Positions 44,701 through 58,891 of a stretch of 64,000 bases of DNA are shown piece by piece; the first letter of the stretch is position 1; every line of letters begins with the position of its first letter. Below the pieces are notes generated by a model. The model searched no databases. It saw only the letters and a list, made by a program, of their open reading frames with translations, and was not told the DNA's origin. Source of the stretch: Rhynchopus sp. YZ270_cl-10 (lineage: Eukaryota); contig OZ037836.1 of the NCBI GenBank assembly GCA_964035575.1, forward strand, positions 806,001 to 870,000. Direction: 5' to 3'. The position numbers were made by a program, and so were the translations under genes.

Positions 44701-47700
44701 CCATGAACTCCGTGTAGCGTGTGAAGTCTGGACGCAACATGCACTTCAGCACGGAGGCTGTGCTGCTTGAGTTCACAACACGCGAGGCAACACAACGACG
44801 TCCGTCTGCATGCACAAGCTCCGCATCGAACCCGTCGTACTTGCTCTTCCACGGCTCCCCTGCTGCACTCGCACGTGACCGCTCCACAACTGGCGCCTGC
44901 CGTGTCAGGTTCCTGTACACGTACTGCACCGTCGACCCGTCAAACTCAAGCACGTCCTTCCCACGCTGTGTGTCGTGCACAACACAGTTCCCACACCCAC
45001 CGTCACGCACCTCCGTTTCCCAGTGGTGCATGCTCGTGTCCACAGCAGCACCGCTCTCCACACTGAACTTTGCGAGTGTTGTGTGCGGCGACTCTATCCA
45101 GTGATCAGCCTGGTCGAACTCCCCGTAGTGCTGCACCCATCTGTCCTCTGCTGGCGTTGCTGCTGCACCCGCGTCCAGGTAACGTGCAAGGCCACTCACA
45201 TGCATCACAGGCGACTCGTCAATGGTGTACAGGGCGTACACACTATTCAAGGTTGGCGCAAACATCATGGCTGTCAGTTCTCTGTCTTCTGTTGTCCCTG
45301 TGTTGAAGCCACCCAGAAGTGCTCTGTCGTGTCTGTCCACCACAAGCACAGTCATGTTCGCCAGGCTTGAGCCTCCAAGCCGTGCTGTGTCAATGGCCAA
45401 GGCAATGAAGTCCTCAAGACTCTCCTGCACAGCAATCGTCCCGTGGTACGGCATTGTGCTGCCCTCCATGTTCGACCCGGTCAGTGCCATGTAGGCAACA
45501 ATCGGTGGCTTGTAGTTCCAGAGCACGGAGTAGAACTGCACACGTCCTGTCTTCCAGATCATCTTCTTGACCCCGAACTGTGTACCTCGTGTGACTGCGA
45601 GAGGATCGCCTCCCAAGTTGCCGATGTACTCAGTGCTTGCGTTGATGGTGTGTATCGGATGAACCTGTATGTACACGGGACTGGGTTGTAAGTGGGAAGC
45701 AGGAATCTTCCCGTAACTGAGGACACCATACTTCCCACCATCCTGTGTCTCCTGAATTGTCCCAACCACACCGTCGTCACGTTCCACGTCAGGTCTGTTG
45801 TCGCTCTTTTTGCACGTACTTGATGTGCACCCCATGTAGAAGCCACGTGTGGTGAACACACGCACAAAAAACCTGAAGTGCGTCATAAACGAGTTTGTAA
45901 ACATCTCAAAGAACCGTGCCTCGAACTGTGCCCAGCTCCCGTCGTAGTCCACACTCACAAAGCCGTTGTGTGTGATCATGACTCTGTCCTCCAATGCATT
46001 GAAGCCCACAGTCAGGCCGTCGAAGATCTTGTCCATCACAATCGTGCGTGTGATGTTCGACAGCTCAATCGTGTTCTGCTTCTCGGCAGCAAGAGAACTG
46101 TCGAGTGCCTTCCGCCCGTTCGCCGTTGCTGTGTCTGTTGAGTCCTGCCCTGCAACGTAGACAAGAGAGAACGTAACAAGCGACGTGATCAGCAGCAGCG
46201 ACACACTCACAGCCATGCTTGCCACCTTCAGCGGGATCGCAAACCCAGACACAGCCATCTCCTCAGGCACCTCCACTGCATCACGGCGCTGCTTCACCAC
46301 GATCCCCAACATCACCACTGCAGTCATCACAACCACCACAAGACACACAACCGTCACAGTGTCGGTCAGGTCCAGATCGTCAGACGTGTCCTCCTCCTCA
46401 GCAACAGCCGCTACCTGCAGTGGTGGCGCCGTCATGGGCACAGTGTCCGACCAGTTCCCGTCAGTGAACGTGAGTGCATCAAGTGAGTAGCCAACACCAG
46501 GAATGTGCCTTCCACCACCCCGTGCGATCCACGCCATGAACTGTGCCGTCACCTTGCGTCCCACTGTGTGCACAGGGATCCCGACACGCATTGAGAATGC
46601 CTTCACTTTGTAGTACTCTCTCGTGCCGTAATTTGTCTTCGTCATTGAAACAAAGGCTGTGACACCACTTTCTTCAGCGTTCCGTACCTGGTGCACAAGC
46701 GGACAGTAAGGTTCGTACGACACAAAGACCATCTTCCCCTTGAGTGACGCAAAGTCCGAAGCAGCACAGCCCCGACGTGGCAGCTCTGTCGTGTACACTG
46801 CTTCGTCCTTCTGTGTCTCAAACGGAAGTGTCCGCACAAGCTGCAGAAGGGTCTCCCTCTTGCGTGGACGCAGGTCGTTCCCCATGACACACACGTGCTC
46901 TGCCTCACCAGGGATCCACATCGCAAGTGGACACTTCTCGCAGATGCGGTCCTGCTGTGCGTTGTCCACCACTTTGCATGTGTCTGCACGGTCCACTTTG
47001 TTGTTGAAGCAGCCGTCCCACGGGTAGTCCTCAAGGTTGTCCAGGGCAGTCGGCGGCAGCTCAGAGCACTCAAACTTGATGTGGCCACGGACCCTTGCCC
47101 CGCTGTTCACAGCTGCTGCAATGTAGTCGGTTTCGTGTCTGTCTGCGTGCAGGAATGGGAAGTTTGTTGCTGTTATGGCAGACACACCACCCATTGGATG
47201 GCGCCTTTCGGTCAGACTGTAGTCATACAGAATACCCACAGCAGCACCAGTCTGCTGCACAAGATCCTGCTTCACAACGTATTTGCATTTACCCCGTGAC
47301 ACAATCACAATCTTCCCGTCGTACACCTTCCCGTCACCCAAGGAGTAGTCACTTGCCTTGCACCCGTAATAGCTTTTCGACTGGATGCTGTTGTTCCCCA
47401 CCACAACAATGTCCATCTCCTTGTTGTTCAGTGGGTGGTATGCATCAATGTGCCCGTCGGGTGTCCACGGCTCGAACTTGTTATCCGTGAGGCAGACCCA
47501 CATCCCCGCCACCTCGGGCGGCTCTGTCACGACAAGCCGCACGGGACACTGGTAGTAGCAGTAGTCGTACAGCCGCCACGTGGTCTGGTTGCACATGATG
47601 TCCTTCCGCCAGCCGTCGTAGATGTACGCACCCGGCATCTCGGGGATGAACTGCCGTAGACAGTCTTGTCTCCATACTGGACACTGCGGCTCTGCACCCC

Positions 47701-47731
47701 ACGCAAGCAGCACCAGCACTGCTGCCGACAT
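41736..47731 (-). CDS. Receptor-type class III nucleotide-cyclase-like membrane protein (signal peptide, 2 PA domains, TMs, LamG/ConA-like domain, TM, HAMP-like, degenerate cyclase); exons 47731-43004 and 41858-41736
   Basis: PA: GKIVIVSRGKC..VKQ..VQQTGAAV and LKGKMVF..C....QVRNAEESGV. LamG: WTTVTAV..LYVNG..FKGRIDSL. Cyclase: VVNIKDF, FMGDRF, VGNMGT. GAG|GTATGT donor at 43003 and CAG acceptor at 41859 are conserved in the paralogue. Confidence 0.85.
42000..42830 (-). mobile_element. Probable 3' fragment of a retroelement within the receptor intron
   Basis: GC-rich ORF remnants (ELAVDFELRTRV...RERGRAM; HSLRSVGAPALIGFSRRP), absent from the short paralogous intron. Boundaries approximate. Confidence 0.4.
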
Positions 47732-48237
47732 TGGTGTGCGTTATTCTCTGTGTGTGTGTGATAATGGGGGTAGTTTTTGCCTACAATACGTCCCCAATCT
47801 GTGCTGTGGCTTGCATATGGATTGTTGGCTGAGAAATACGCTATTCGAAGTACAAGGGCTCAGAGGGAAAAGAAATAACACTTATCAGATTACTTGCTCT
47901 CGCAGACAAGTATTCATGTTATTTATTTACAACTGCAGGATCCTCCTCGGTTTTGGACTTCAAGAGGAACACAAAAAAAAGTTGAATTGAAATGCAAAGA
48001 CAGTGTACCTTGGTACATGACTGGCTGTACCGGGGGTGGACACCCAACCATGCAGTCCTACATCTATTTCGTGGTTTACATCTGATATGTGCAAACAAAA
48101 AGTGAAGGGGTTAATGCCTTTTTTATTAGTATTAATGTTTGTCATCGTTTGTCAATCAAAAATGTACTTTTTTTTTGTTTTGTTTTGTTTTTTTTAAAAG
48201 AATTGTTGGAATAGCTTAGTTGCCACCTGCAAACTCC

Positions 48238-48348
48238 ACTACTTGTAGTGGTGTGGCCCGCCCCTCGATTTAACCCACTTTTGGGCCATTCTTGGGCCAT
48301 TCTTGAGACAGGCAAAACCAGAAATCGGGCCACACCACTACAAGTAGT
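48238..48348. mobile_element. Small MITE, 23-bp perfect TIR
   Basis: ACTACTTGTAGTGGTGTGGCCCG / CGGGCCACACCACTACAAGTAGT. Confidence 0.8.
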
Positions 48349-51300
48349 AGTACTACTTTTTTTTCACTGTCACCTACCGAGGTAGTAGTGACGCTGACTA
48401 CACGGTAGAATTTTTGGTAGCCACGCCACTGGCACTGCCTCTTTGCTTAGTTTTTTTTGTACCAAAAACGTACCCATTTTTTGCTTTTTTTGAAAAATAA
48501 AATTAAACATAATCATCCACAGGCAATCATCCACCTCGAGAACGCTGAAGTCGCTGTTGAAATTTTTTTCTCTCTCTCTTTTTCTTTTCCCCACAACCTT
48601 CCTTCTTCCACTGTGTACCCCTGTCTGCTGGCCCCACCCCATCCCGATGACTCCATCCTCGATGTGACCTCTCGGACCCCCCCCTTCAACTTTCAATAGC
48701 GTTGAAACGAAGGTTGGGTGAACGACGTTGACACTTTCCGCTCACAAAAGTAGTGTGCGAAATAAACGAAAGAACTACGGGTGTCAATAGCTATCTTCAA
48801 CCCACACAAAAGGAAAACAGGAAAACGAAAAACAGTGGGAGAAGTTTGTTGGTTGACCGCTTCCAAAATCATAGAATATTCAGGACACGGCAAATGGTTC
48901 TTTCAAAAAACTGTCCATTCTACTGAATAGGAGGTACGCACTCAATGTGCCCCAAAAATATTTTTTGCCACAAAAGAATAAAAACTGTAGTTATTGCAAT
49001 GCACCTCCGATCCACGTACGATGCCAGCCATCCAAATGAAAACACAAAGTACCCTGCGGCCTACAACTACAATGCATTTTTTTTTAAAATGGTGTAGCTG
49101 AAGAGGGGGGGGTGATTCGCACTTTTTACGCATTTTTTCCACACATTTTCCGCACTTTTTCCGCCCCTCACCCATTCAGCTACACCAGAAAACCTTTTTG
49201 TTTTGATTTTTTGATAAATTGTTGGAGTAGTGTAGTTGCCTCGGGTTGTGTTGCCACAGTTGTGCAATCTCTACTGTCCGGGGGGGTTTTTTTTGTGTTT
49301 TTGAAGCTGTTTAAAAACTGAGCTCTGTGTCCACAATGACCCCTGAAATAGGGGAAGGGGTTTTTGAGGGAGTGATGGCAGGTATTACGGAGACAAGGTG
49401 ACGATACCTCAGACCACCTCCTCGTACAGGGCTCTCAAGATCCTCCACGAAAAAAAAAAGACAGATTTTTTTATAGAATCTTTTTGGCACGTGTTAAAAA
49501 GAGGAAACAGAATATTTTTTTTTTTTTGATCGAAAACAATAATATTTATCGAAACTTAAGGTTACCACCTAGTATTGCTTGTGTTTGAAATTACAGATTG
49601 CCCTTATTTTTTAAAAAATACAAATGTTAGCCTTAGGGAAAACGACATTAGTGCCCAAGTTCCTAGTACCCATTGACGATAATACAGTAAGACAACAAAC
49701 ATCGGAGGGGTTAAAACCCTCCTTAGAGTTTTGAAATCCCAAAATCAACCCCCTTTAGTTATTACCTCCCCCCCACCAGTGTTTGTTGCCTACTGTATTT
49801 TTCCTTCCTTTAAACCTTCACACACGACGCTTTTTGGTTTTTTGGGAGACACACAGGATGCCAGGTTCTATGATATGCACGGAACCACCCTGCTGCACCT
49901 TGGGTATTAACGTCAATGATCTGGGACCTTTGGGTGCTAACGGCATTTCCCCTGAACGTTATTTGTTACGATTTCTTCTTTTGTTGATTTTTTTTTCTTC
50001 TTTTTTTAAAAACGCTTTTTTTTTGTTTTTGTTTTTGTTTTTGTCGTGTCTGCAAATCGCTAAAGTCCCCTAAATTGCACACAAGGGCCTATGTCATCGT
50101 TTGCCATAGCTTTTGCTTTACCAATAGTACACCATGTAGTACACCATTTGTGTTATTTTTCAATAATGTGATGGACCAGCAGCCACCCCTCACCCCTCCT
50201 CTGCCTTCATAGTGTGAGCCTTTGTTAACTTTTGATTTTTTTTTTTAAACGATTACCTACATTGTAGGCGGGTTTAGTGCTGCCGCGGTGGCACATGACC
50301 CTGATATTGCCTCAGACCACGTTTTCTTGTTGTTCTTCGTGGCGGGGTTCCACACCGCTCAAGACAGTGGGGGACAGTTTCCCTGTTCTTGTTTTGAGGG
50401 GTTAACTTTTGCTTTGCAAATTATAAAGTAGGGTACAGCAACAGTATCAGATACTGTACGATCGTCGTCGATCCCCACACTCTCGTTTTTTAATTAATGA
50501 AAGACATTATTGTCAAATGCTTTTCGAAAACGATTCGACGGTCTTTTCATAGACTCCAAAACAAGAGGCACGATGAAAAAGCGAAATAAATAAAAAGAAG
50601 AAAAAAAGTGAGGTTGAGAAAAAAGGAGACAGTCACGTTGTTTTTAGTAGCATCTCTGACTGACATACAGTATTCGATGTCAGCCTTAGATGAAGGCACA
50701 GAAAAAATGTACAGTTGGACAAAGTAATATTGGCAAAAAAAAAAAAAAAAAAGTCGCCAATTTTGCAAGAAAAACCCCCAAAAAATCCGCCAATATTATT
50801 TTGGTCGCAAAGTTTCTTGTTCAATTGTAAAATAAAAAAAAAGATAAAATTGAAGGTGCATCATGCCTCACCGTACAATTGGCGGACGCAGGGGCAGATG
50901 GTTATTTCTTTTTCACTTTTTTTTTGATAAATTGTTGGAGTAGTGTAGTTGCCTCGGTTGTGTTGCCACAGTTGTGCAATCTCCACTGTCATTTTTTTTT
51001 GAAAAATGTGTTTGCTAATTTATTCCGAGGATGCACTCCCACCATGCTTTTTGTGGGTACTTTCCTACCTTCTCAGTGCTTGGCAGCTACACGAGGCAAG
51101 CCAGATATTTTGTGATATCTGTGGTGCCGTTTTGTCTCCTTTTTAGGATGTGCCTCCTCATCAGCACCCCGAGGGACAAGGTTTACTGATTGCTTTTTTT
51201 TTGCTCAATCAACACCGTTGTCAAACCCCCAAAAAAATACACTTCTTATTCCGTCTCACAAAACAGTCTGGGGTGGGGTGGGGAGGGTTATGAAAAACGA

Positions 51301-51447
51301 ACTATGGTTTCATATACTATCTATTCCACTGAATAGAAGGTGTAATAGGGTGCACTAAATGTACCCAAACCCTTTTTTTTTACTTTATGCAAAACGAACC
51401 ATATAAAGTCTGCTTCAAGATGATCCAAAAGCCTCACACTGCTTGGT

Positions 51448-51660
51448 CACGGTGGACTGGTCAGAGCGAAGGACTGGTAGTAATGTGACCAGTACAAACA
51501 TCAGGACCAGGACCTACGAAGTTTGCAGTGTATCTCTAGTACCGAACAACGAACAGAACTTTAGTAAAGTACTGTGATCAGTTTTTCTTTTTCTTTTTCA
51601 CATTGACCGGTTAAAAGTAGGGGTCATAACCAATGAGATCTCAATGACCAGTCCACCGTT
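51448..51660. mobile_element. MITE with (C)ACGGTGGACTGGTCA TIR
   Basis: 15-bp inverted termini at 51449 and 51645-51659. Confidence 0.65.
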
Positions 51661-52358
51661 GTACTGATTACATCACGGCTACTATTTGCGTTTTATCCAC
51701 GCGCGTGAAGCTTTATTTTCCTCGCCCACCCAAAAGTACGTGGAGGGGTGTGAAAATAAAATTTTTATTTTCACCCTGTGAAAATAAAAATTTTATTTTC
51801 ACCGTTTTTTTTCACCCGTCTTAAGCCCCCAAACACCCCCAAACTCACCCTATTTTTTTCGAGTTTTTTTTTTCCCCAGGGTATCTGGACTGGGGTGGGG
51901 GGACGGGGCGTGCATGGTGGTAGCTACAAACTTGTTGGAGTAGCCCTCGAGCTGTGTCAGCGGAGGTAATATATTTTAGGGTAAATTGCGATAGCACGTA
52001 CAAAAAGTGTGCGTGTTATCGAGAACAAAAACGTACGTGTTTTCCCCAGGTACCCAGTACCAGTACCCCCAATGACATAACGAAGTATCGCTTGAAAGTA
52101 TCGTTCAATAACCTTGGGTGTGCAGGTGAAGTAGGACACACAAGGTATATCAAACGATAAATCAATCAGATAAACGTTACATCATTGGAAAATTGTTGGC
52201 ACCGCCCCCCTGTCTTCGTATTTAGTACGTCGACAGGCCAAACAGCGTTGGGCTCAGAAGAAGCGGTGCAAGACACTGGAGATCCACACTACAGGTCTCA
52301 CACGACACTTGGGCGGGCTCGGAAAATAAAGCTTCACACTTATGGATAAAATTATGTC

Positions 52359-52512
52359 TTGGAGTAGAAAATAAGCGTTTTTTTCACCTCGTTGGTGTTT
52401 TCAACCCTCGTGACTTTAATTCCCTCGCTTCGCTCGTGAATTAAAGTAACTCGGGTTGAAAACACCAACTCGGTGAAAAAAACGACTTATTTTCACTCCA
52501 ATAAATAGCTAT
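52359..52512. repeat. Palindromic element centred on CTCGCTTCGCTCG, ending AATAAATAGCTA (same terminus as the 2.1-3.8 kb foldback)
   Basis: Imperfect ~65-bp arms visible. Confidence 0.7.
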
Positions 52513-53208
52513 TTTTATTTTCCACCAAATATTTACAGAGAGGAAAAAAAAAACCTATGGAAAGCAATAGGAGGATGGGAGGGGGTTTTACTGCTATTAA
52601 CAAATGACTAGCTGGACATCGCTAACCACCTGTGCACTGTTCTGGGGTACAATGGTATCGCACTGGGGGGAAAAGAAAGAAGGAAATAACACAACAATAC
52701 TGTCTGTACAACGAACAGAAGACTCCTCTGTACAACCTAGCGAAAACACCAAACACCAAAGAGAAAGTGGAGAGTGCAAAAAAAAAAAAAAAAAAGAAAA
52801 CAAAAGACGCCTGAACCGTACGGCAGACGCAAGGGGGGGTGGTCTCCGCGGGGTTGGAAAAAAAACGTATTATTTGTACTTCGTCGCGGTACCGTGCTCT
52901 GTCTCGCTGCCAAGGTGGCTCTGTGAAGGAGGGTTTTTTTGTATTTTGTATGCAACCTTAATGCTGAAACAAGTTCTCAACAATGTAAGATGGTCGACCC
53001 GTGCTTTACCATTCAAGGCTTACGCCTGCATTGGGCACGCTGGTTTGTTCACAGTAACATCGATGGTCGACCCGTGTGCGCATGGTATACGCGTAGACGC
53101 TTTCGGCACCAATGAAGGAACCTACTCACAGGGTGCCATTACCATCGTTGATAGAGCACAGGTCTTGATGTAAAAAAGTGTCCATCGTCCACATACCTCA
53201 TGCGGCAC

Positions 53209-56200
53209 CTACGACTCTGATTTAAGTCTCAGATGCAGGGCGTCCTTCTTCGTCCCCTTCTGCTTGCGCACGGTGCTTAGATAAGACAGTGCTGTCTTCG
53301 CCTCATGAATGAGTTTCGCATCCGTGCCTGTTGCCTGCTCCACATTGCCCCGGTAGATGACCGGTGTAATGCCAGCGTGCACATATATGTCGGTTGGCCC
53401 AACCAACATCTGCGTGTTTTTCCTGAGCAGTGCAGTGATCATCGTTCGTGTGATGATGGTGCCATGTGCGTCTGTGCCATCGCCTGTGGGTGTTATGTGT
53501 CCCTGACCCTGCCCTGCATCCACTGCAGCAGACTCGTGTGGGGTCAAGGAGACAACCTGTAGGTGGAGGAAAGGTGTTGTGTAAAATGTGTTTTGTTGCT
53601 CAAAAAGACTATAAAAACGGAGAGGGGAGGGAAAAAATGTGGATCGACCTTACCCCCAGATCTCACAAAAAACTGTGATTGTTGATGCAGGCACTTCCGA
53701 CTGACCCAGTGTACGATGCCAGCCATCCGGACGAAAGCACAAAAATACAATTTTTTTGAAGAAATAGAAAACGACTTCAGGATATGACAGTTAAATGAAA
53801 TAAAGAAAACACTTTTTCGTTTATCGCTAATTTAATCGATAATTTTTGTGTAGCTTCCGGGCAGTCACCGTATTTTTTAGTGGATTCACTTGATGCAACA
53901 AAAATACCCATTTTTTTATAGGTCCACCACCCCTCCCTATAAAACCCCTCCCCCTCCTCCCCCTCCCCAACTCTCCATACCTCTGCCTGCTGCACCACTT
54001 CATTGTCGTCATCCTCCTCCGACGGCGTTGCACTGTCCTCATCATCGTCCTCCGCATAGCTAAGCTCCACATCCAGCCCGTCCTCAAGCATCTCCACCAG
54101 CGTCCCCTCTTCCTCCATGCACACCACCACTTTGTAGGCCCCAATCAATCTGTTGAAGACCAGGTCCTGCAGGACGCCGTTGCGCGAAAACGCAAGCGAC
54201 CCTCTTATAAGATCCACATGAACGCCAATACAGTCCCCTGCAGAGTAACTTTCCGCAGCAACAAGCTCTCTGCCGTGCCGCCACACCTCCCCTACGCTCC
54301 CATACGAAATGCAGTCCGGGAGACCTGCGATCCCTTCATTAAGCTGGGGCGTCTTTTTGCACACACCAATAGTGATCCCTGTTGCCCCACGTTGGACATC
54401 GAAGTAAAATGTGTAGGAGCCATAAGACAGCGCCTGCTTCACAACCGCGCAATGTGGATGCCCATGCGGAGAACGATGCAATTCGATAGCACCCCCTCCT
54501 TGCCCTTTAATTTTAATATTGACGTGTGTATGCTGCCATTTAGAGTCAAATACGTGGTCCGGTTCGTCCCCGGAAAGCCATTCTTTGAATACCCCCCAGG
54601 AATTCGCGTATGGAGTGTTGGCGGTGCTGGGTGCTCCAACTTTGGTGATAATCATCGGGTTCGCTTCGTAGCGTGCAATGCGGGCTGCGGCCTTCCCTTT
54701 GAGGGGTGTGTTGAAGACGTCGTCTCCAGCATAGCGTGGCGCAGACAGGAAGATGTTATGTGGAATATCAGCAAGCCCCGCGAACGTCACCAAGGCTGTC
54801 AACGCATGGTAGGTGTCCCTCGCGACCAGCTCCCCTCCGATGCCATTTTGATCCGAAACCTGTCTGGTTTCCGTGGAGTAGTGTAAACCGCGCACCTCAC
54901 TACACGGCTCCTTATTGCCGTCCCAGAAAGCATATGCCCAGCCGAGACGTTCACAGGAAATGTAACGCATGACACTGCACTTTCCAGACGCGCTGGAAAC
55001 CATCTCCAACTCAATGGTCACCCGATGTCCGCTTTGTCCCATATCCTTCGCTGCCCTGGCGACCTGTTTTCTAGACGGACTGTGAGCCTCTCGTCTCTTC
55101 CTTCGTGGAGGTGATTTGGGTGGAGTGTCATATGCGTTCTCCATTGTGTTCGTATAAGGATCGACGTACAAGGCCCCTCGGATGTTCTGCGGAGGAGGGC
55201 TGGGTGGGACGGTGGAGTCTTCTGGCGGGGGTGCGGGGGGGACGACCCCAGCTCCGATAGCTCCGCCCCCGGACCGCGCGGGGGATCCCGCGCGCTTTGT
55301 GGCGGGCCAGTTTAGAGGGCAGGTCCTCTGTTCCACTTCGTTGTCGGCAGTCTGCTTTGCGCGTCTTCTCTTCGGTCTTGGCTTTGGTTGGGGCTGTGGT
55401 GGCGGAATGACCTCCTGAACAATCTCATCATTGATCGTCTCTTTTTCCTCTCTCGGAACGGTCGAATTGAGATTGCTGTCTTCCTCCAAGTTGTCCTCGA
55501 TTTTTTCCTCATTTTTTTCCTCGATTTGTTCCTCGATTTTTTCTTCGGGTTCGACCATGGGAAGACTCATCGCGCTGACGGCAAGTGGTGCGTCATCCTT
55601 GTGTTCTTCCTTTTCGACAACTGGGGATGCCGGGGCCGCAGGAGGAGAAGACGTCGTCTTTTTGAAGACAGGAACCTTTTGCGGGGATGGAGGTGGGGAG
55701 GGCTTCTTTGGGGACGGTGTGGCGTCGCGTTGTTGGACGGCGCGGCGGGCACGCTCTGCCTTTCCTGCCAGTTCGGTGAGGAAGCGGCGCACCTTATCTA
55801 CATCTTCATGTGCACGAGTGGTTCCCCGATGTGCCTTTGGGCTTGCAGCGGGGGAAGGCCCAGGACTGTTTCGAACCTCTAGTGCGCGACGTTCACGCTC
55901 GCGTTGTTCTTGGACCATAATTTTTTTGACGGTTTCCGAAAGAGACGTTTTGGAACGGTGTGTGTCGCCTAGCGAGGCGCGTGGCCCGCTGCGACTCCCG
56001 GAGAGAGATTTGCGCGATTCATTTAAACCAGAACGGCGGCGGCGGGGCGGCTGCTGCCCCTGAGCGAGAGAGCCGCGTGCAGGTGAGGATTGAGGCACAG
56101 CGTGCGACCCAGAGATGTCGACAGTAAGATGCGGACGACGGAGGTCCGTGTTGTGTCTGAGAGAGGGGGAGGGAGGGAGGGAGGGAGGGAGTTGATCAAA

Positions 56201-57183
56201 TAGACTAACCATGCAAGAAGGAGAGAGATATGGAGCTGTGCAGAGCCAAGCTTGTGGGATAAAGTAGAAATTGTTCATCGGAAAGTTAATGTGTGGAAAT
56301 ATGGGGTATGTGTTTGCATACTCTGACTGGCCGACCTTGATGTCGGGCATCTGAACTAAGGAGAACTGTGACGAGATAGTGCGTAGTGGTGTAGGCGTGA
56401 CGTTCGGAGGTGTGGTGTGGCGGCTGTGTGGGGTTTGGGGGGGTGTGTGTGCATGCGGACTGAATTTGTGTATAAAATAAAAGAAAAAAGTTTATAAGAT
56501 GACCCTAAGCCTCTCGTTAGTCACCAAAAAAGAGTAGTTGAAAACGTTTATTCCGTAATCCGTAAACCCATTTGCGGGTTTGCTAAAACGCAGCTCAGTC
56601 GGATGTCATGCTAAATACCACAGACTTGTGTACAGTCGCCACATAATCTTGATCACTCGATTAGGAAAAGGGATTATTTTTTCGAACGCAACCTAACAGT
56701 CTCGACACCACAGTACAAAGTCCATACCTGGGAGAGACGTGCCGTTTGGGGAGCACTTGGTGGGCAGAGGTTTCTTCCAGCTCATCTGAGTCTTCTTCCT
56801 CTTGCTGGTCTGAGTCGGAGTGCTCCGTCTGTGCGAGAGAGAAGGGGTTGTGTGGTGTAAGTGTGAATAAAAACCAATATGTTGTCATTTTTTTTTGGTA
56901 TACTCCCAAGGTGTAGGTAACGTCACACTCTTCCACACAGTGAAAGTGTGCCTATTGTGTTTGGCGCGGGGGGCGGGCACAACGCCCGCAGGTATTCCCT
57001 CACGACTTGGTTTCAAAAAACAATAAATAAATAAAGAAGGCTTGAACTCTCTCTCTCTCTCTCTCTGTGCTGTTCCACAATACACACCTCCTCGTACGAC
57101 GAACTCTCTTCATCCTCCTCACCGCCATCCTCCCCGCGCAGGATTCCCCACCCCCTGTACCCACCGTGGAGATCATCAAACAT
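53209..57183 (-). CDS. Multi-exon SPRY/B30.2-domain protein with a Pro/acidic low-complexity region
   Basis: Phase-compatible GT-AG exons 57183-57088, 56828-56728, 56423-53981 (probably one more short intron ~56.32-56.16 kb) and 53556-53209. SPRY: ITIGVC...SYSAGDCIGVHVDL..GSLAFSRNG. Confidence 0.75.
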
Positions 57184-57396
57184 CGTTAAACTCCTTCTGA
57201 ATGGGGGTGTGTGTTGTTGGGTGGTCGAAAGGGTGTGGTGTGTCATGATCAAAAAGTCTTGGATATTTGAATCATTTTCCCACAAAAGCATTTTGTCCTA
57301 ATACCACCTGATTTTTACCCCGCGTATAGGACAGTATAGGACCGTATAGGGCTGAATCCCGTTTTTTTTTGGGGGGGAAAAATCAGGTGGTAATAT

Positions 57397-58001
57397 CAGA
57401 GTCCTAGCTTGCCTGGGTCAGTGGGTCAAGCTGACCCAAGTGCCTGGGTCGCGACCCACGAAAAAAAAAAAAAAAAGGAATTAATTAATTTGGAAATTGG
57501 GAAATTCTGATTTTTTTCTGCTTTGGGGGGCCCACCACCTTTTCTGGGGTAAGAAAAAAATATCGACAAAAAAATCCGGCACCGTCCAGGGCTGGGCCCA
57601 ATTTTTTTTGCCTGCGGCGCCATTTTTCCTTTTTTGCTCCGCAAAAAAGGGTTCGTAGAGTGACTCTGTGGTGTAAAAAGCTACATTTTTACACCGTACC
57701 CTAATTTTTTTCGCCTGCGGCGCCATTTTATATATTTTGTGTTGGGTGATCTATGAACGGGGAGTGATTTTTATGGTTATAGTAGCGTTCCATTGAGCAA
57801 CTCACTAGTCGTAGTGACCAAAATTTGTATCAGTCAAGAACTTGTCCATTTTTCTGAAATGACCCCACCACAGTGAGGGTAGAGCTCGGAAAACCCAAAA
57901 AAGCCAAGACAAGCCCCCCGAGGCCCAAAACCTCTGCTGACCCAAAAAAAAAATTCTGACCCAGATTTGGCATTTTTTTTCAAAACCAAGCTAGGACCCT
58001 G
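57397..58001. mobile_element. Non-autonomous CAG-terminated TIR element with a 7-bp TSD (GTAATAT)
   Basis: CAGAGTCCTAGCTTG / CAAGCTAGGACCCTG; GTAATAT at 57390-96 and 58002-08. Shares agaacttgtccatttt..tgaccccacca with ~18888. Confidence 0.75.
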
Positions 58002-58891
58002 GTAATATTGTCATGAACAAAAAAAAAAAAACTTTGTAAATTTAAGATGGAGTCCGTGTCCTCCCTCAGTTTTGGAGGGGAAAATAGTGGTTGAAACGAA
58101 AGGCGTATCAGTCGCGCTCATGCAAAGGGTGGGGGTGAGTGTTCCGTACCGTAAGAGAACGGGAAAATATAATTAGGTAGCACCGACTCTATTCAGTCTG
58201 GGCAGACAAAAAAGTTTTGTTCTGGATGGAATGTGCCTCTCGTTGCCCACACGTCGTTAAAAAAGTTGGGTGAAAAAATCTGTGAAAAAAAAAAGGGCGA
58301 GGCTGGATAGGTTTATCGTTGTGTATTTCGTGCAAAAAAATAGAAATAAAAATGTCGCTTTTTTTGGGGTGATTTTGGATATTTTTTTTTTTCTCGAAAA
58401 AAAGAAGCAAGCTGTACACGATATCCCACACATCACAACTAAACAGAGTAAGAGACAGTCCCAAAATGGGCTGCCCTAAAACAGGGTAGTCAGTGTCACA
58501 CCCACGACTAAAGCTCTCTATGCCTCTGTGCTTAGCCACCCCTTACCCCAGGGTGCACAGACACATGCCCCATCCCAACTTTCTATATCCATCTAGCTCA
58601 CACCCCCCACACACCCTGTGATCACTGTTTTTACCGGTGACGACTTCTATCCCAAAGGGGAGAAAAACAGGACACTTCTTTACAACAAAAGGGAACAGAC
58701 TTTTGCACACAAAAAAATAATGTTTTCTGCAGGGCCAACACTGCTACCCTTATGGCGGGCTGAGCTCTGCAGTATAATTTTTTTTTCAGATATGATGCAC
58801 CTAAAGAAACACTCTCTTGTGTGCATCAGTTTACAAAAAAAAAATACAAAACGTCAGAAAATAACGTACTACCACCATCCCCTTCTTCTCT

